From: a virus
Virus record (IMG/VR): IMGVR_UViG_3300044638_007036
Span: 18,096-82,095 of that record
Strand: one strand, 5' to 3'
Length of the DNA: 64,000 bases
Shown: one piece after another, positions 1 through 9,871 of the stretch
Layout: each line of letters opens with the position of its first letter
How positions within the stretch are numbered: the first letter of the stretch is position 1
Program-made: the position numbers and the translations under genes
Notes under the pieces: model-generated
Seen by the model: only the letters and a program-made list of their open reading frames with translations
The model's database searches: none
Told to the model about the DNA's origin: nothing

Positions 1-1322
1 CTACAACATTTTTGAATATTGGTTCCAACTATTACAATAATCCTTCGCAGTATAGTTTTTTTAAAAATGGAGACAAGTTTTACTACAGACGCTATGATCA
101 TGTACTTGTAAAAAGAGATATATCAACTGGAGCTGAAGAAACTTTGGATATTCCTATAGCTTTTGATGGAAATACTCAATTTACACTTTCTTTTGTTAAC
201 AATAAAGTAGTAGTTGAGGTTCATAATCATCAATACCATAGTTTTACATTTAAAGATGAAACCTATCTACCGATTCCATCAACTCAAAATACTATAGCGG
301 TTGGAGTATATAATGCTTCAACGGGAGCTTTAGTTAAAGCAACAGCCCACGCAGCTACTGACAGTTTTAACAGCTACAACACTAGATTATTAAAATCAAG
401 TACAATCCAGAATAAGTGTTGGTTTGTTGGATATTATGGATCAATCCATGAAATCGATCTAGCTACGGGAATTGTTACTAAACTAACAGATATTTCACTT
501 CAAGCAGTGCCTAGTCATACTCTTAGTGCAACTTTTGTAGATGGAAACTACTTATATGCAATAGCTGGAAGTACTGAAATTAGTGCAACTGATTCAACAG
601 GTACTTATACAAAAAATTACATGACTAGAATAAACTTATCTACTAAATTAGTGGATCAATCTTTCAGTGTTTCTAATCCTTCGTGGGGCGAAGCCACTAA
701 CAGAAAAGTTCACGTAACTGATAACTTTATTTATGTAACAAGTATAGGTGTTCCTTATGGCGGTTATGGAAAATCAATGGTAAGATTTAGAAAATCTAAC
801 TTTACTGTAGAAACAATCGATTACACAGCCACGTTCCCAGTTTCAAATATACAATACTACCAAGAATTTATAGGAATTGCAAAACTAGATTCTACAAGAA
901 TTGTTGTATATGGAGATAAACAGTTCGGAGCAAATTCAGGATGGGCAAAGCCATATTTGATTTTTGATGAAGAATCAATGACTCCTGTTGCTTCTCAGCC
1001 TAGCTTTACTGGACAGCCTTCTGTATCTTGTTATTCTGCAGAATTTGGTAAACTAGTGACTATAGGCAGTGCTGCAAATTACTGGGAGACTGAAATAGCA
1101 GTTTATGATGTAGCTACAGAAACAAAAACGGTTTATATTAATGCATCTCAATATCAACCATCGGGATCATCACCAATGTTTAATGGTGGATATAGTACCA
1201 ACTTAATGTTCTTTAATAACCATATATTTATAGAACTGGCATATAGTTCCAATTCGTATAAAAACAAACAATATACTGGTATTATTAAAGTCAACTCAAG
1301 TGGGGAAGTTGTTAACAGTTAA
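1..1322 (+). CDS. Tail-associated beta-rich (propeller-like) protein, probably 5'-truncated
   Basis: Frame is open to the window edge upstream of TTG 12; S/T/N/Y-rich repeated beta-strand pattern; lies in the late module and is followed by a terminator. Confidence 0.45.
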   Translation, partial: TTFLNIGSNYYNNPSQYSFFKNGDKFYYRRYDHVLVKRDISTGAEETLDIPIAFDGNTQFTLSFVNNKVVVEVHNHQYHSFTFKDETYLPIPSTQNTIAVGVYNASTGALVKATAHAATDSFNSYNTRLLKSSTIQNKCWFVGYYGSIHEIDLATGIVTKLTDISLQAVPSHTLSATFVDGNYLYAIAGSTEISATDSTGTYTKNYMTRINLSTKLVDQSFSVSNPSWGEATNRKVHVTDNFIYVTSIGVPYGGYGKSMVRFRKSNFTVETIDYTATFPVSNIQYYQEFIGIAKLDSTRIVVYGDKQFGANSGWAKPYLIFDEESMTPVASQPSFTGQPSVSCYSAEFGKLVTIGSAANYWETEIAVYDVATETKTVYINASQYQPSGSSPMFNGGYSTNLMFFNNHIFIELAYSSNSYKNKQYTGIIKVNSSGEVVNS

Positions 1323-1333
1323 CTAACTCAAGG

Positions 1334-1365
1334 AAGGGAAGGAAGCAATTCCTTCCTTTTTTTTT
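1334..1365 (+). terminator. Rho-independent terminator
   Basis: GGAAGGAA-GCAA-TTCCTTCC hairpin (1337-1356, GNRA loop) followed by 9 T. Confidence 0.9.
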
Positions 1366-1372
1366 ATAAAAA

Positions 1373-1387
1373 AACAAATGTACATAG
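1373..1387 (+). promoter_or_regulatory. Putative late-promoter motif AACAAATGTACATAG
   Basis: Identical 15-mer at 50370 and 61428; lies directly after a terminator and before a late gene. Confidence 0.7.
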
Positions 1388-1412
1388 GATATAATCGTAA
1401 AAAGGGGAACTT

Positions 1413-1775
1413 ATGATGCAAGAATTCATGAAAATGTTAGCTAAAAAACAACAGGAACAGGGCGGTCCTAGAAAAGGACACGACATGGAAGCTAAAGCTT
1501 CTATGGCAAAAGAACTATCTGATATGCTTGGCGAAGACCTTACAGAAGGTATTAAAGACGCTAAGAGAGTTACAGTAGCTTCTGATTCTGAAGAAGGGCT
1601 TAAAAAAGGTCTGGAAAAAGCAGAAGATATCCTAGAAAGTAAAATGGAAGACGATTCAGAAGAATCTGAAGATATGAAAGATTCTGAAGACATGGAAGAT
1701 TCTGAAGAAGACCCAGAAGAAAAAATTAAAGAATTAGAAAGGCAAATCGAAGAACTTAAAGCTAAGAGAAAATAA
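1413..1775 (+). CDS. Small acidic coiled-coil protein of the virion module
   Basis: RBS AGGGGA; D/E-rich; TAATG coupling to the next gene. Confidence 0.7.
   Translation: MMQEFMKMLAKKQQEQGGPRKGHDMEAKASMAKELSDMLGEDLTEGIKDAKRVTVASDSEEGLKKGLEKAEDILESKMEDDSEESEDMKDSEDMEDSEEDPEEKIKELERQIEELKAKRK
1665..1708 (+). repeat. 18-bp in-frame tandem repeat (SEDMKD/SEDMED/SEE)
   Basis: tctgaagatatgaaagat tctgaagacatggaagat tctgaaga. Confidence 0.8.
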
Positions 1776-2776
1776 TGGCATCTTCAATCAAAGCAGGTCT
1801 AACTACAAGTGGACTGCTTAAGTCAATTAAGCGTAGAGCCATGGTTCCTGATAATCAAAACACATTTAGTGATCAGGACTTTATTGACTTTTTGAATGAA
1901 GAAATGATGATCGGAATGGTTCCTTCCATTCTACAAATGAAAGAAGAATACTTTATTTTTAGACAAATAGTACCTCTTGTTGCCGAAAAATCAAATTACC
2001 CTGTCCCAGAAAGAGCACTTGCTAGTAAACTTAGAGAGTTGTGCTTCAAAGATACCCCTGCTAAAACAACTGGAAATGAGTATGAGATGACTCAAATAGC
2101 TGTCGATGACAGGTATACAGGTCTTTCAAACGGTACAGGTTCTAGTGATTTCACTGGTTTTCGTAGATTTTATATGATGGGCAGTGATGTTATCCTGCAT
2201 CCTAGCGTAGGTCCTTCTCCATATGGAGCATTGGCTTTTTATTATTACCTTAGACCAAATACGATTGTAAAAGATAACTTAGTAGCTACTGTAAAATCAA
2301 TAAACAGAGTTACCGGAGACATTACATTAGACAGTATCCCCACTGGTTATAGTGTGTATGTAGCTGGAACTAATAATACAGTACCCTCTACTTTTGACTT
2401 CGTAAAAACAAAATCACCACACAATATATTAGATATTGATATCACAATAAATTCAATAAACACATCTACGAAAGTTGTAAATGTAGCTTTAGATTCTATT
2501 CCAAAAGATTTAGAAATTGGAGACTATATGCCTTTAGCTGGACAAAGTTGTGTTCCAAATATTCCAACAGAATTACACATGGTTTTAGCTCAAAGAGTAG
2601 CTCAGAGAGTATTAGAAGCTCTTGGAGATACTGAAGGCTTAAACAATGCCACAGCTAAAATTGCTGAAATGGAAGGTAAACTTACTACAATGTTGGATAA
2701 CCGAGTAGAAGGTGCTCCTAGAAAAGTAGTAAATCGTGCTTTAATGACTGGAGTAGCTAGAAATAGACGGAGGTAG
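1775..2776 (+). CDS. Head-tail adaptor / tail tubular protein A-like
   Basis: N-terminal helix 'LLKSIKRRAMVP..FSDQDFIDFLNEE' and C-terminal 'IPTELHMVLAQRVAQRVLEALGD' pattern of podovirus adaptors; precedes the nozzle gene. Confidence 0.6.
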   Translation: MASSIKAGLTTSGLLKSIKRRAMVPDNQNTFSDQDFIDFLNEEMMIGMVPSILQMKEEYFIFRQIVPLVAEKSNYPVPERALASKLRELCFKDTPAKTTGNEYEMTQIAVDDRYTGLSNGTGSSDFTGFRRFYMMGSDVILHPSVGPSPYGALAFYYYLRPNTIVKDNLVATVKSINRVTGDITLDSIPTGYSVYVAGTNNTVPSTFDFVKTKSPHNILDIDITINSINTSTKVVNVALDSIPKDLEIGDYMPLAGQSCVPNIPTELHMVLAQRVAQRVLEALGDTEGLNNATAKIAEMEGKLTTMLDNRVEGAPRKVVNRALMTGVARNRRR

Positions 2777-2778
2777 TC

Positions 2779-5700
2779 GTGGCTTCTCAAGTAATAAATC
2801 TCAAGGCTGCAGGTCTTCAAACTAATTATCAGTCCTTAATGGAGATTTCTCCGGGTGCTCTATTAAAAGCAACAAACACTGTCATAAATAGAGAAGGTAT
2901 TATAGAACCTAGAAGAGGGATAAAGACTTATTCTCCTTCTGAAGTAATAGCAAGCACATCTCGTCCAGTAAAACAATTACTTGAGTATAAAGGAAGAATA
3001 CTACGGCACGTTGAAAACAGATTGCAATTTGACAATGGAATAGGAACTTTTACTAGTTTTGATTATTCTGCAATTGAAGAACCTCGTTCCGGATATAGAA
3101 TTAAATCGATAGATTCTAAAAATAACCTATATTTTACCACAAGCGCAGGAGTTAGGAAGATTTCCGAAGCTTCCGCAAGTGATATAAATGTAAACTCTGT
3201 GAGAGAAGTTGGAGTTCCAAGAGCTTCTATTCGCAGTGTTAAAACTCTATACCAAGGAAATGGCAATCCTCTTTTTGGATTTTTTCCAGAATACACTCCT
3301 ACTTCTACAGTATATGTAGCTTATAGAGTTACATGGTCTTATACAGATAAAACTACAAACCTACTTATAGGAGCACCTTCTCCACGAGTAGTCGCTTCTA
3401 ACATAGCGAAAGAATCCTATGCTCACACTTATTTAGAAATAGATATTCCGAGTGAGATAGTAAACTCAATAAATCCTACAGAATACAGATACTCTATATA
3501 TAGATCTGAGATAAACATAGAAGAGCCAACAGATGAACTAAGATTAATTTATGAAGCAAATTTAACTACGGGATATATTGCTGCAAACGTAGTTACTTTT
3601 GAAGATAAAGTACTAGAAGCGAATAGAGTAGGAGGTATTCCTCTTTATAGTAATCCAGAAACTGGAGAAGGTCCAACTAAAACAAATGAGCAACCGCCAT
3701 TAGCGTATGATCTTGCTTTTTTTGAAGGACATTTATTCTATGCTAATACTAGAGAACGACATGCTACTCAATTAAAACTAGAGACTTTGGGATACTACGA
3801 CGATGGTCAAAAACAATATCCTACTTTCCAAAATAAAAGCTTTTCCATTACAAATGGAGACATTACAAATACTTATACTTTTCAAGGAGCTAGAACTAGA
3901 TATAATATAACTTGTCCTGCAGGTAGTGCAATTGTAAATTACTCATATATAAAATTGTACTCTAGCGATAATGAGAGAGTGTATCGTATAATTTTCAACA
4001 GAACTGATGTAACTCCCGATCCTCTTCTAACTAATGCTGGAGAAATTGATATTATAGTTAATGTAAGTAGTACAACTACAGCAGCACAAGTAGCCACTGC
4101 TATACAAACGGCATTAAGTATTGTCGGTAGTGCCGCCACTTATGATTTCACAGTTACTATTTCTTCTAATATCTTAACAATAGAAAATAAAAATAATGGA
4201 ACTTCTCAATATTTTATACCGTCTCCCTTTATTTATACTCCTTTAGTTACAGGTTTAGGAGAGGATATTGTAAATAAAATTGTATTATTATCTGGAAACT
4301 CTAATAAAGAAGAAGCATTTAGAGAGACTATGACTTCTTTAGTAAGAGTTATAAATGCTAATCCAAATGAAATAGTAAGAGCTACCTACGCTTCAAACTT
4401 ATACGAACTACAAGGAAAAATTGTACTAGAATCAAAATCCTTAGAGGACTTAGCTTTCTATCTAACTTCTCTAGATTCTGTAGAGATGATAACAAGCTTC
4501 ACTCCTAATTTATCTAGTAACTATAGTAATAGTGCGATTGTTTATGATAACGTAAGTAAAACCACAACAGTTACTATCCCTGCTTTAATAGAACCAGATA
4601 TAAAGGCTGGAGATAAAGTAGCAATTATACAATCAAGCTCTGCGGTAAATGGACAATATGTAATTGCTTCTACGCAATATACGGGAAGCACTTTTACGTA
4701 TGTAGTTAATGGTGCAATATTAGCTTTAACTGGATTTTTTGGTAAAACTGTATCTGCTAAGTCAATAAGTAAATCTCCTCAAATTAAAAATAGAATATAC
4801 TATTCAAAATTTTATCAACCAGAAGCAGTTCCTTTTTTAAACTTCATGGATGTGGGGAGTTCAGAATTTGAAATTTCTAGAATAATTACTCTAAGAGAAT
4901 CTTTATTTGTTTTAAAAAAAGATGGTGTTTTTAGAATTGCTGGAGAAGGAGGAGCATCTCCCACTTTTAAGTCCTCTATTTTTGATAATACTTCTCTTAT
5001 AGTAGCTCCAGATACTGCTGTAAATTTATCCAATCAGTGTTATTTTTTCAGCAATCAAGGAATAATGCGTCTTAATGAATCATCAATTGAAACTATATCT
5101 CGCCCAATACAAGATAAACTACTCCCCCTTATAACTACAAATTCCAATATATCAACCTTATCTTTTTCTGTCCCTTATGAGACGGATAGATCTTTTTTAA
5201 TCTGGACAGTCGCAAACAAAACAGACACAAAAGCTAGTATATGTTATCGCTATAATATAGATACTTCAACGTGGACCGAATGGAAAATTACGAAGTATTG
5301 TGGTATTTTAAATGAACATCAAGATAAGCTTTATTTAGGCGGAGAGTATATTGAAGAAAATGGAAATGTCACATATTCTGTAGACATAGAAAGAAAAGAC
5401 TTTACTAGATTTGATTATGCTGATCGAGACTTTACTTTTAATTTAACTGAAATTGATCTACAGGGAGTAGAGCTAGCCCCCTCTTCTATTTATAACTTCT
5501 CAGTAGGGGACGTTGTCTTACAAGAACAGTATGTTACTATGTACCAATTTAATAGTCTTCTTAAGAAGCTAGACATGGACATGGGTTTAGATGTGCATGA
5601 TTTCTATAATTCAAATATAAAACTTGAGAATGGAAAGAGTTTATCTACTAGTATGAGTTTGTTAGTAGCTAGACTTAATTTAGCCGATTCTACGGAAACT

Positions 5701-6312
5701 TACACTTTTAGCGGAACTACTGATTTTGCAACAATTCAAACTGAATTTAATACAATTACAACTAAATTAAATAACTCTATAAAAACTTATTTTAATAACT
5801 ATCTCCTCTCGTCTGGAACATTAAATTATGAAACAATTGTAATTTCTAAAAATATGAGTTATAATACAGTTGAGTTAAAAACAGAACAACCGTTTATAGC
5901 TGGTCCTATGAAAATATACAAAGCCATCTCGACTGAAATTCAATATGCTCCTCAACATGCGGGAGATCCTTCTAGTTTTAAACAGTTTTCAGCCGGAGAA
6001 TTCATGTTTGAAAGACGATCTTTTAGTTCAGCTATAGCGTCTTACAATAGCGATATAAGTGATAATTATGAAGAGATAACATTAGTTGCTAAATCAGCTA
6101 GTAACTATGGTAATTCTGAGTGGGGCAATGAATCTATTTGGGGAGGTCAGGGAGATCAGTCTCAAATTCGTACATATATTCCCCTTAAAAAACAACGATG
6201 CAGATTCTTGGGATGTAAGTTTAATCATGCTATAGCTTTTGAAAATTTTCAGCTATATGGAATCTCTTTATCTGTAAGAACATACGCTATTCCAGATAGA
6301 GATTACCGATGA
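2779..6312 (+). CDS. Tail nozzle / tail tubular protein B-like (P22 gp10 / T7 gp12 analogue)
   Basis: 1177 aa, beta-rich; N-terminal 'ATNTVINREGIIEPRRG'; 'RIYYSK..QPEAVP'; C-terminal 'YGNSEWGNESIWGG'; synteny. Confidence 0.6.
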   Translation: MASQVINLKAAGLQTNYQSLMEISPGALLKATNTVINREGIIEPRRGIKTYSPSEVIASTSRPVKQLLEYKGRILRHVENRLQFDNGIGTFTSFDYSAIEEPRSGYRIKSIDSKNNLYFTTSAGVRKISEASASDINVNSVREVGVPRASIRSVKTLYQGNGNPLFGFFPEYTPTSTVYVAYRVTWSYTDKTTNLLIGAPSPRVVASNIAKESYAHTYLEIDIPSEIVNSINPTEYRYSIYRSEINIEEPTDELRLIYEANLTTGYIAANVVTFEDKVLEANRVGGIPLYSNPETGEGPTKTNEQPPLAYDLAFFEGHLFYANTRERHATQLKLETLGYYDDGQKQYPTFQNKSFSITNGDITNTYTFQGARTRYNITCPAGSAIVNYSYIKLYSSDNERVYRIIFNRTDVTPDPLLTNAGEIDIIVNVSSTTTAAQVATAIQTALSIVGSAATYDFTVTISSNILTIENKNNGTSQYFIPSPFIYTPLVTGLGEDIVNKIVLLSGNSNKEEAFRETMTSLVRVINANPNEIVRATYASNLYELQGKIVLESKSLEDLAFYLTSLDSVEMITSFTPNLSSNYSNSAIVYDNVSKTTTVTIPALIEPDIKAGDKVAIIQSSSAVNGQYVIASTQYTGSTFTYVVNGAILALTGFFGKTVSAKSISKSPQIKNRIYYSKFYQPEAVPFLNFMDVGSSEFEISRIITLRESLFVLKKDGVFRIAGEGGASPTFKSSIFDNTSLIVAPDTAVNLSNQCYFFSNQGIMRLNESSIETISRPIQDKLLPLITTNSNISTLSFSVPYETDRSFLIWTVANKTDTKASICYRYNIDTSTWTEWKITKYCGILNEHQDKLYLGGEYIEENGNVTYSVDIERKDFTRFDYADRDFTFNLTEIDLQGVELAPSSIYNFSVGDVVLQEQYVTMYQFNSLLKKLDMDMGLDVHDFYNSNIKLENGKSLSTSMSLLVARLNLADSTETYTFSGTTDFATIQTEFNTITTKLNNSIKTYFNNYLLSSGTLNYETIVISKNMSYNTVELKTEQPFIAGPMKIYKAISTEIQYAPQHAGDPSSFKQFSAGEFMFERRSFSSAIASYNSDISDNYEEITLVAKSASNYGNSEWGNESIWGGQGDQSQIRTYIPLKKQRCRFLGCKFNHAIAFENFQLYGISLSVRTYAIPDRDYR

Positions 6313-6713
6313 AGTTAGAACCTGTTAGAATTAAAACTAATGATTTTCCAGAAGAAGATAAGCCATTCATCGATAGTTTGGGTGGTATTCTAAATCCATT
6401 CATCGATAAGTTAATTATTGCATTTAATAAAAATCTATCAGTAGATGATAACCTTCCTTTTGAATTCAAGACCTTAGACATAAAAGTAGATACAAATGGA
6501 GTACCTTTAATTAATCAAACAGTAAAAACTGCACTGACTAACTTTAAAGGGTACATCTGTATAAATGTCACAGATGTTAATAATACTGGTAATTTACCTT
6601 CTGCAAGTCCGTTTTTAATGACTAAAACTTCAGCAGATCAAGTAAAAATAGTTAAAATTACAGGATTAACTGCTAACACATCCTACAGATTGATACTATT
6701 AGGTATTAGTTAA
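6309..6713 (+). CDS. Small virion/tail protein
   Basis: ATGA overlap with the nozzle gene; position in the tail module. Confidence 0.55.
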   Translation: MKLEPVRIKTNDFPEEDKPFIDSLGGILNPFIDKLIIAFNKNLSVDDNLPFEFKTLDIKVDTNGVPLINQTVKTALTNFKGYICINVTDVNNTGNLPSASPFLMTKTSADQVKIVKITGLTANTSYRLILLGIS

Positions 6714-6717
6714 TAAT

Positions 6718-6727
6718 AACAAATATT
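6718..6727 (+). promoter_or_regulatory. Putative late-promoter motif AACAAAT
   Basis: Intergenic copy starting 29 nt before ATG 6747. Confidence 0.6.
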
Positions 6728-6746
6728 TAATAAGGTAAGGAAGTCT

Positions 6747-9329
6747 ATGAAGATAAAAATAAAAAAACCTAAATTAAAAATAAAACTAAAAGCTCCCACA
6801 ATTAAAGTAGGTAAAGACCTCGGCATGAAGAATATTGGCAAAGCTGCCTCTTCTGCCGTATCTTCTGTTGGTAAAACTACAGGAGATGCCCTTAAAATAG
6901 CCGAAAGTGGTCTGAAAGCCCAAGGTAAGCTCTTAACTGGAGATTTTAAAGGTGCAGGAAAAGAAGCACTTCAAGGTTTTACTTCTGCAGGAAATATTGC
7001 CGGAGAGATTGGTGGAAATGTAGGAGGACTTGTAGGGGATAGGAAAACTGGAGATATTGCTGGAAGAATAACAGCAGATGTAGGTGCTAATGCGATTACT
7101 GGTGGAGGATACGGACTAGCTAAAACTGCAGCACAGGGACTATCTTCCGGAGGAGTAGGAGGTCTTCTAAGTAGTAAAGGGCTTCAAGAAGCTGCTCTAG
7201 GAGCTGCAGGTTCATATGCTGGAATCGATCCCAATTTAATAAAAGCAGGATTATCTGCAACACAGGGTGACATTAAAGGCGCAGCTTTATCAGGACTTAG
7301 TTCTCTAGGGGGCTTCGATCCAAAACAATTACAAATGGCATCTACTGGAGTATCTGCTCTTACGGGAGATAAAAAAGGATTAGCTTCAGGTTTAGCTTCT
7401 CAATTTGGAGCTAGTGACAGTGCAGCTAATATGCTAGGTTCCGTTGCTGGAGGAGACATTAAAGGTGCTCTTTTAGGTAAGTTAGCAGGAGCTACTGGAT
7501 TAGATCAAAAGATGCTAGAGAATGTTTCTAAGGGTAAGTTTGATCCAATGCAATTAGCTGCCGCAGGTGGATTAGATTCTTCTAGTTTACTAGGTGGAGC
7601 TGCAGATAAACTAGGAATTAGTTCATTTACAAAATCTCCGGAAGCACAAGAAATGATAAATATGGGAAAAAGTGCAGGGAGAAGTTTAGCTTCTGTCGAA
7701 AAAAATATTCAAGAAGCTAAGTCAACAGCAGAAGATACTTATAAGATTGCTAAAGGTGACAGCTTTAATGCCATTGCTAAGAAAATGGGAGTAACTCCTG
7801 AGCAATTGAAAGCTGCAAATCCTCAAATAAAAGATATTAATAAAATTGCTTCTGGAGCAAACTTAAATATTCCCAAAGCTGCTAGTCAGGCAGTAGAGGG
7901 AGCTAGACAAAATGTTACAGATAAGTATTTAAAAGATGCTCAAGGAAGGACAATATATGGAGCTAATAATGCTCCTATTGCTAATCCTAATTTTAGTGCT
8001 GAAGAATATGATAAAGCACAAGCTCAAAGAGCAGATCTTGCAGAAGACGCTGCCGCCTATGTTCCCGGTCAGCAATTAGGCGAAGAAAAATGGACTATGG
8101 ATAGAGTCCTTGGAAACATAAAAAGAGAAGGTGGAAAAGCTCTTGATACAATTAAAACTGGAGCAGGTGCTGTTGGCGGAGCTATTGGAGGTGCTTTAAG
8201 TTCTGCAAAAGATTTCGCAGCAGAAAATAAAGGTGCATTAGGTTTAGCTGCAGATGCTGCGGCTGCTTATGGTGGATATAGAGCTGGACAGGAAGCTTCT
8301 GAAAAAGTAGAGGACTTATCCAAACAACAACTAAGAGATCTTCAAGCACAAGGTAAGACTTTCGAAGGCATTACTTATGATCCAGAAAGATATAAACAAC
8401 AAAGACAATTTTTACAAGAAAGTATAGCTGGTGGAGGAAGGTCTGCCCTTACTAGACAATTAGCCGCTGAATCAGATAGAGAAGCAGGAGCAGCAGAAGC
8501 CGCAGCCAGAGGAGCTGCTTTGCAAAAGGCAGCAGAGATAGGTGGCGGAGCTGGATTAGGATTAGGTTCCATGCTTCAAAGCTCATTTTCAGGAGCAGCT
8601 ACAGGTGCTGGAATTAGAGGAAAAGCTGGCTTAGAAAGAGCTACTACTGCAGAGAGACAGTACAGAGAAGATTTAGAAAAAATGGGCAAGCTTTCAACTC
8701 AGCAAACTTCAGAAGAAGCAGAACTAGCTAGACAGCAGGGAACTTTTGGACTTGATAAAACAAGAGCTGTTGGCGGAGTAAGAGGGGAACTTGGCAATAT
8801 AGAAATGGGAAGAGGAGCTGCTCTTCAAAATTTATATAGTAGTGGAGCTGATATGGCAAAGCAAGCACTATCGCTAACTCAGTCCCAACAAGAAAAAGCA
8901 AACGCTGATGCGAATGCAAAATACCAAGCCGACATGAGGGAAGCTCAGTTAGCTAAAGCTCGAAATGAAGCTGGAATGAATCAACCCACTACTCAAACAC
9001 CTCCACCGCCAGCTCCAGAAAAAACAGCGGCTGCACAGAAGCTAAGTCAAGGAACTCAAACAGTTCAAACAACTACTCCAGCAACACAACCAAAAACTGC
9101 TACTCAAAAAATGAATGAAACTTATACTGGTCCTATGGCAAGACCTCAACCAAATGCCCAACCTCAAAATCCAATGCAACAAATGACTTCTCAAATTGGT
9201 AAGTTTGCACAAGGAGCAGTGGCTAATCCGCAGCAAGCAGCTCAAACTGTACAGAAGAAAGTTGAAGAAGTAAAGAAAGATCCTTTAAAAGCAGCAACAG
9301 GTTTATTTAATCAATGGATGGGAAAATAA
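6747..9329 (+). CDS. Gly/Ala-rich putative ejection (internal virion) protein with a LysM domain
   Basis: LysM motif 'YKIAKGDSFNAIAKKMGVTPEQLKAANPQIKDINKIASGANLNIP'; Gly/Ala-rich helices; position after the tail genes. Confidence 0.65.
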   Translation: MKIKIKKPKLKIKLKAPTIKVGKDLGMKNIGKAASSAVSSVGKTTGDALKIAESGLKAQGKLLTGDFKGAGKEALQGFTSAGNIAGEIGGNVGGLVGDRKTGDIAGRITADVGANAITGGGYGLAKTAAQGLSSGGVGGLLSSKGLQEAALGAAGSYAGIDPNLIKAGLSATQGDIKGAALSGLSSLGGFDPKQLQMASTGVSALTGDKKGLASGLASQFGASDSAANMLGSVAGGDIKGALLGKLAGATGLDQKMLENVSKGKFDPMQLAAAGGLDSSSLLGGAADKLGISSFTKSPEAQEMINMGKSAGRSLASVEKNIQEAKSTAEDTYKIAKGDSFNAIAKKMGVTPEQLKAANPQIKDINKIASGANLNIPKAASQAVEGARQNVTDKYLKDAQGRTIYGANNAPIANPNFSAEEYDKAQAQRADLAEDAAAYVPGQQLGEEKWTMDRVLGNIKREGGKALDTIKTGAGAVGGAIGGALSSAKDFAAENKGALGLAADAAAAYGGYRAGQEASEKVEDLSKQQLRDLQAQGKTFEGITYDPERYKQQRQFLQESIAGGGRSALTRQLAAESDREAGAAEAAARGAALQKAAEIGGGAGLGLGSMLQSSFSGAATGAGIRGKAGLERATTAERQYREDLEKMGKLSTQQTSEEAELARQQGTFGLDKTRAVGGVRGELGNIEMGRGAALQNLYSSGADMAKQALSLTQSQQEKANADANAKYQADMREAQLAKARNEAGMNQPTTQTPPPPAPEKTAAAQKLSQGTQTVQTTTPATQPKTATQKMNETYTGPMARPQPNAQPQNPMQQMTSQIGKFAQGAVANPQQAAQTVQKKVEEVKKDPLKAATGLFNQWMGK

Positions 9330-9331
9330 TT

Positions 9332-9841
9332 ATGAAACAAATGCCAAAGTCAACAATGAATCAAGTAAATAGAAAAATGGTTAAACCTGCAGTAAAACCT
9401 GCAATTAGACCTAGTTTTAATAATCTTAGATCAATGTTTCGTTCTCAACAAAGACCAATGGCGCAACCTGTACAACCTCAAATGTCACAAGCACCAACTA
9501 CTTCTCCGAATGATCAAGTAAAATTATCTCCCAGCATACAAGCACAGCCGCAACCAACACAGATTAAACAAGAATCTGCTCAACAACCTCTTCAGCAACT
9601 TGCTCCTTCTCCAATTCCAGAAGCTGTTCCGCAAACAGCTCCTATTCAGCAGCCTCAAACAATAGGTCCTGCTCAACAAGCAGCTCAAGATCAAAGTAAA
9701 TTTGGTATGGCAATGCCTAAACCAGCTTTACCAATACAAAATCCAATTAACCCACAGCAATCTAATCAACCTCTTGAAAATCCAGAGGATGAAATTAATA
9801 AAAAACTAAGAAATAAAACTTTTGGAGCTAGTGGTTTTTAA
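9332..9841 (+). CDS. Pro/Gln-rich low-complexity protein
   Basis: ATG 9332, just after the upstream stop, is preferred over 9314; disordered-type composition. Confidence 0.6.
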   Translation: MKQMPKSTMNQVNRKMVKPAVKPAIRPSFNNLRSMFRSQQRPMAQPVQPQMSQAPTTSPNDQVKLSPSIQAQPQPTQIKQESAQQPLQQLAPSPIPEAVPQTAPIQQPQTIGPAQQAAQDQSKFGMAMPKPALPIQNPINPQQSNQPLENPEDEINKKLRNKTFGASGF

Positions 9842-9845
9842 TTAA

Positions 9846-9855
9846 AACAAATAGT
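9846..9855 (+). promoter_or_regulatory. Putative late-promoter motif AACAAAT
   Basis: Copy in a 30-bp intergenic gap before ATG 9872. Confidence 0.6.
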
Positions 9856-9871
9856 ATAATAGAGAGTATAT

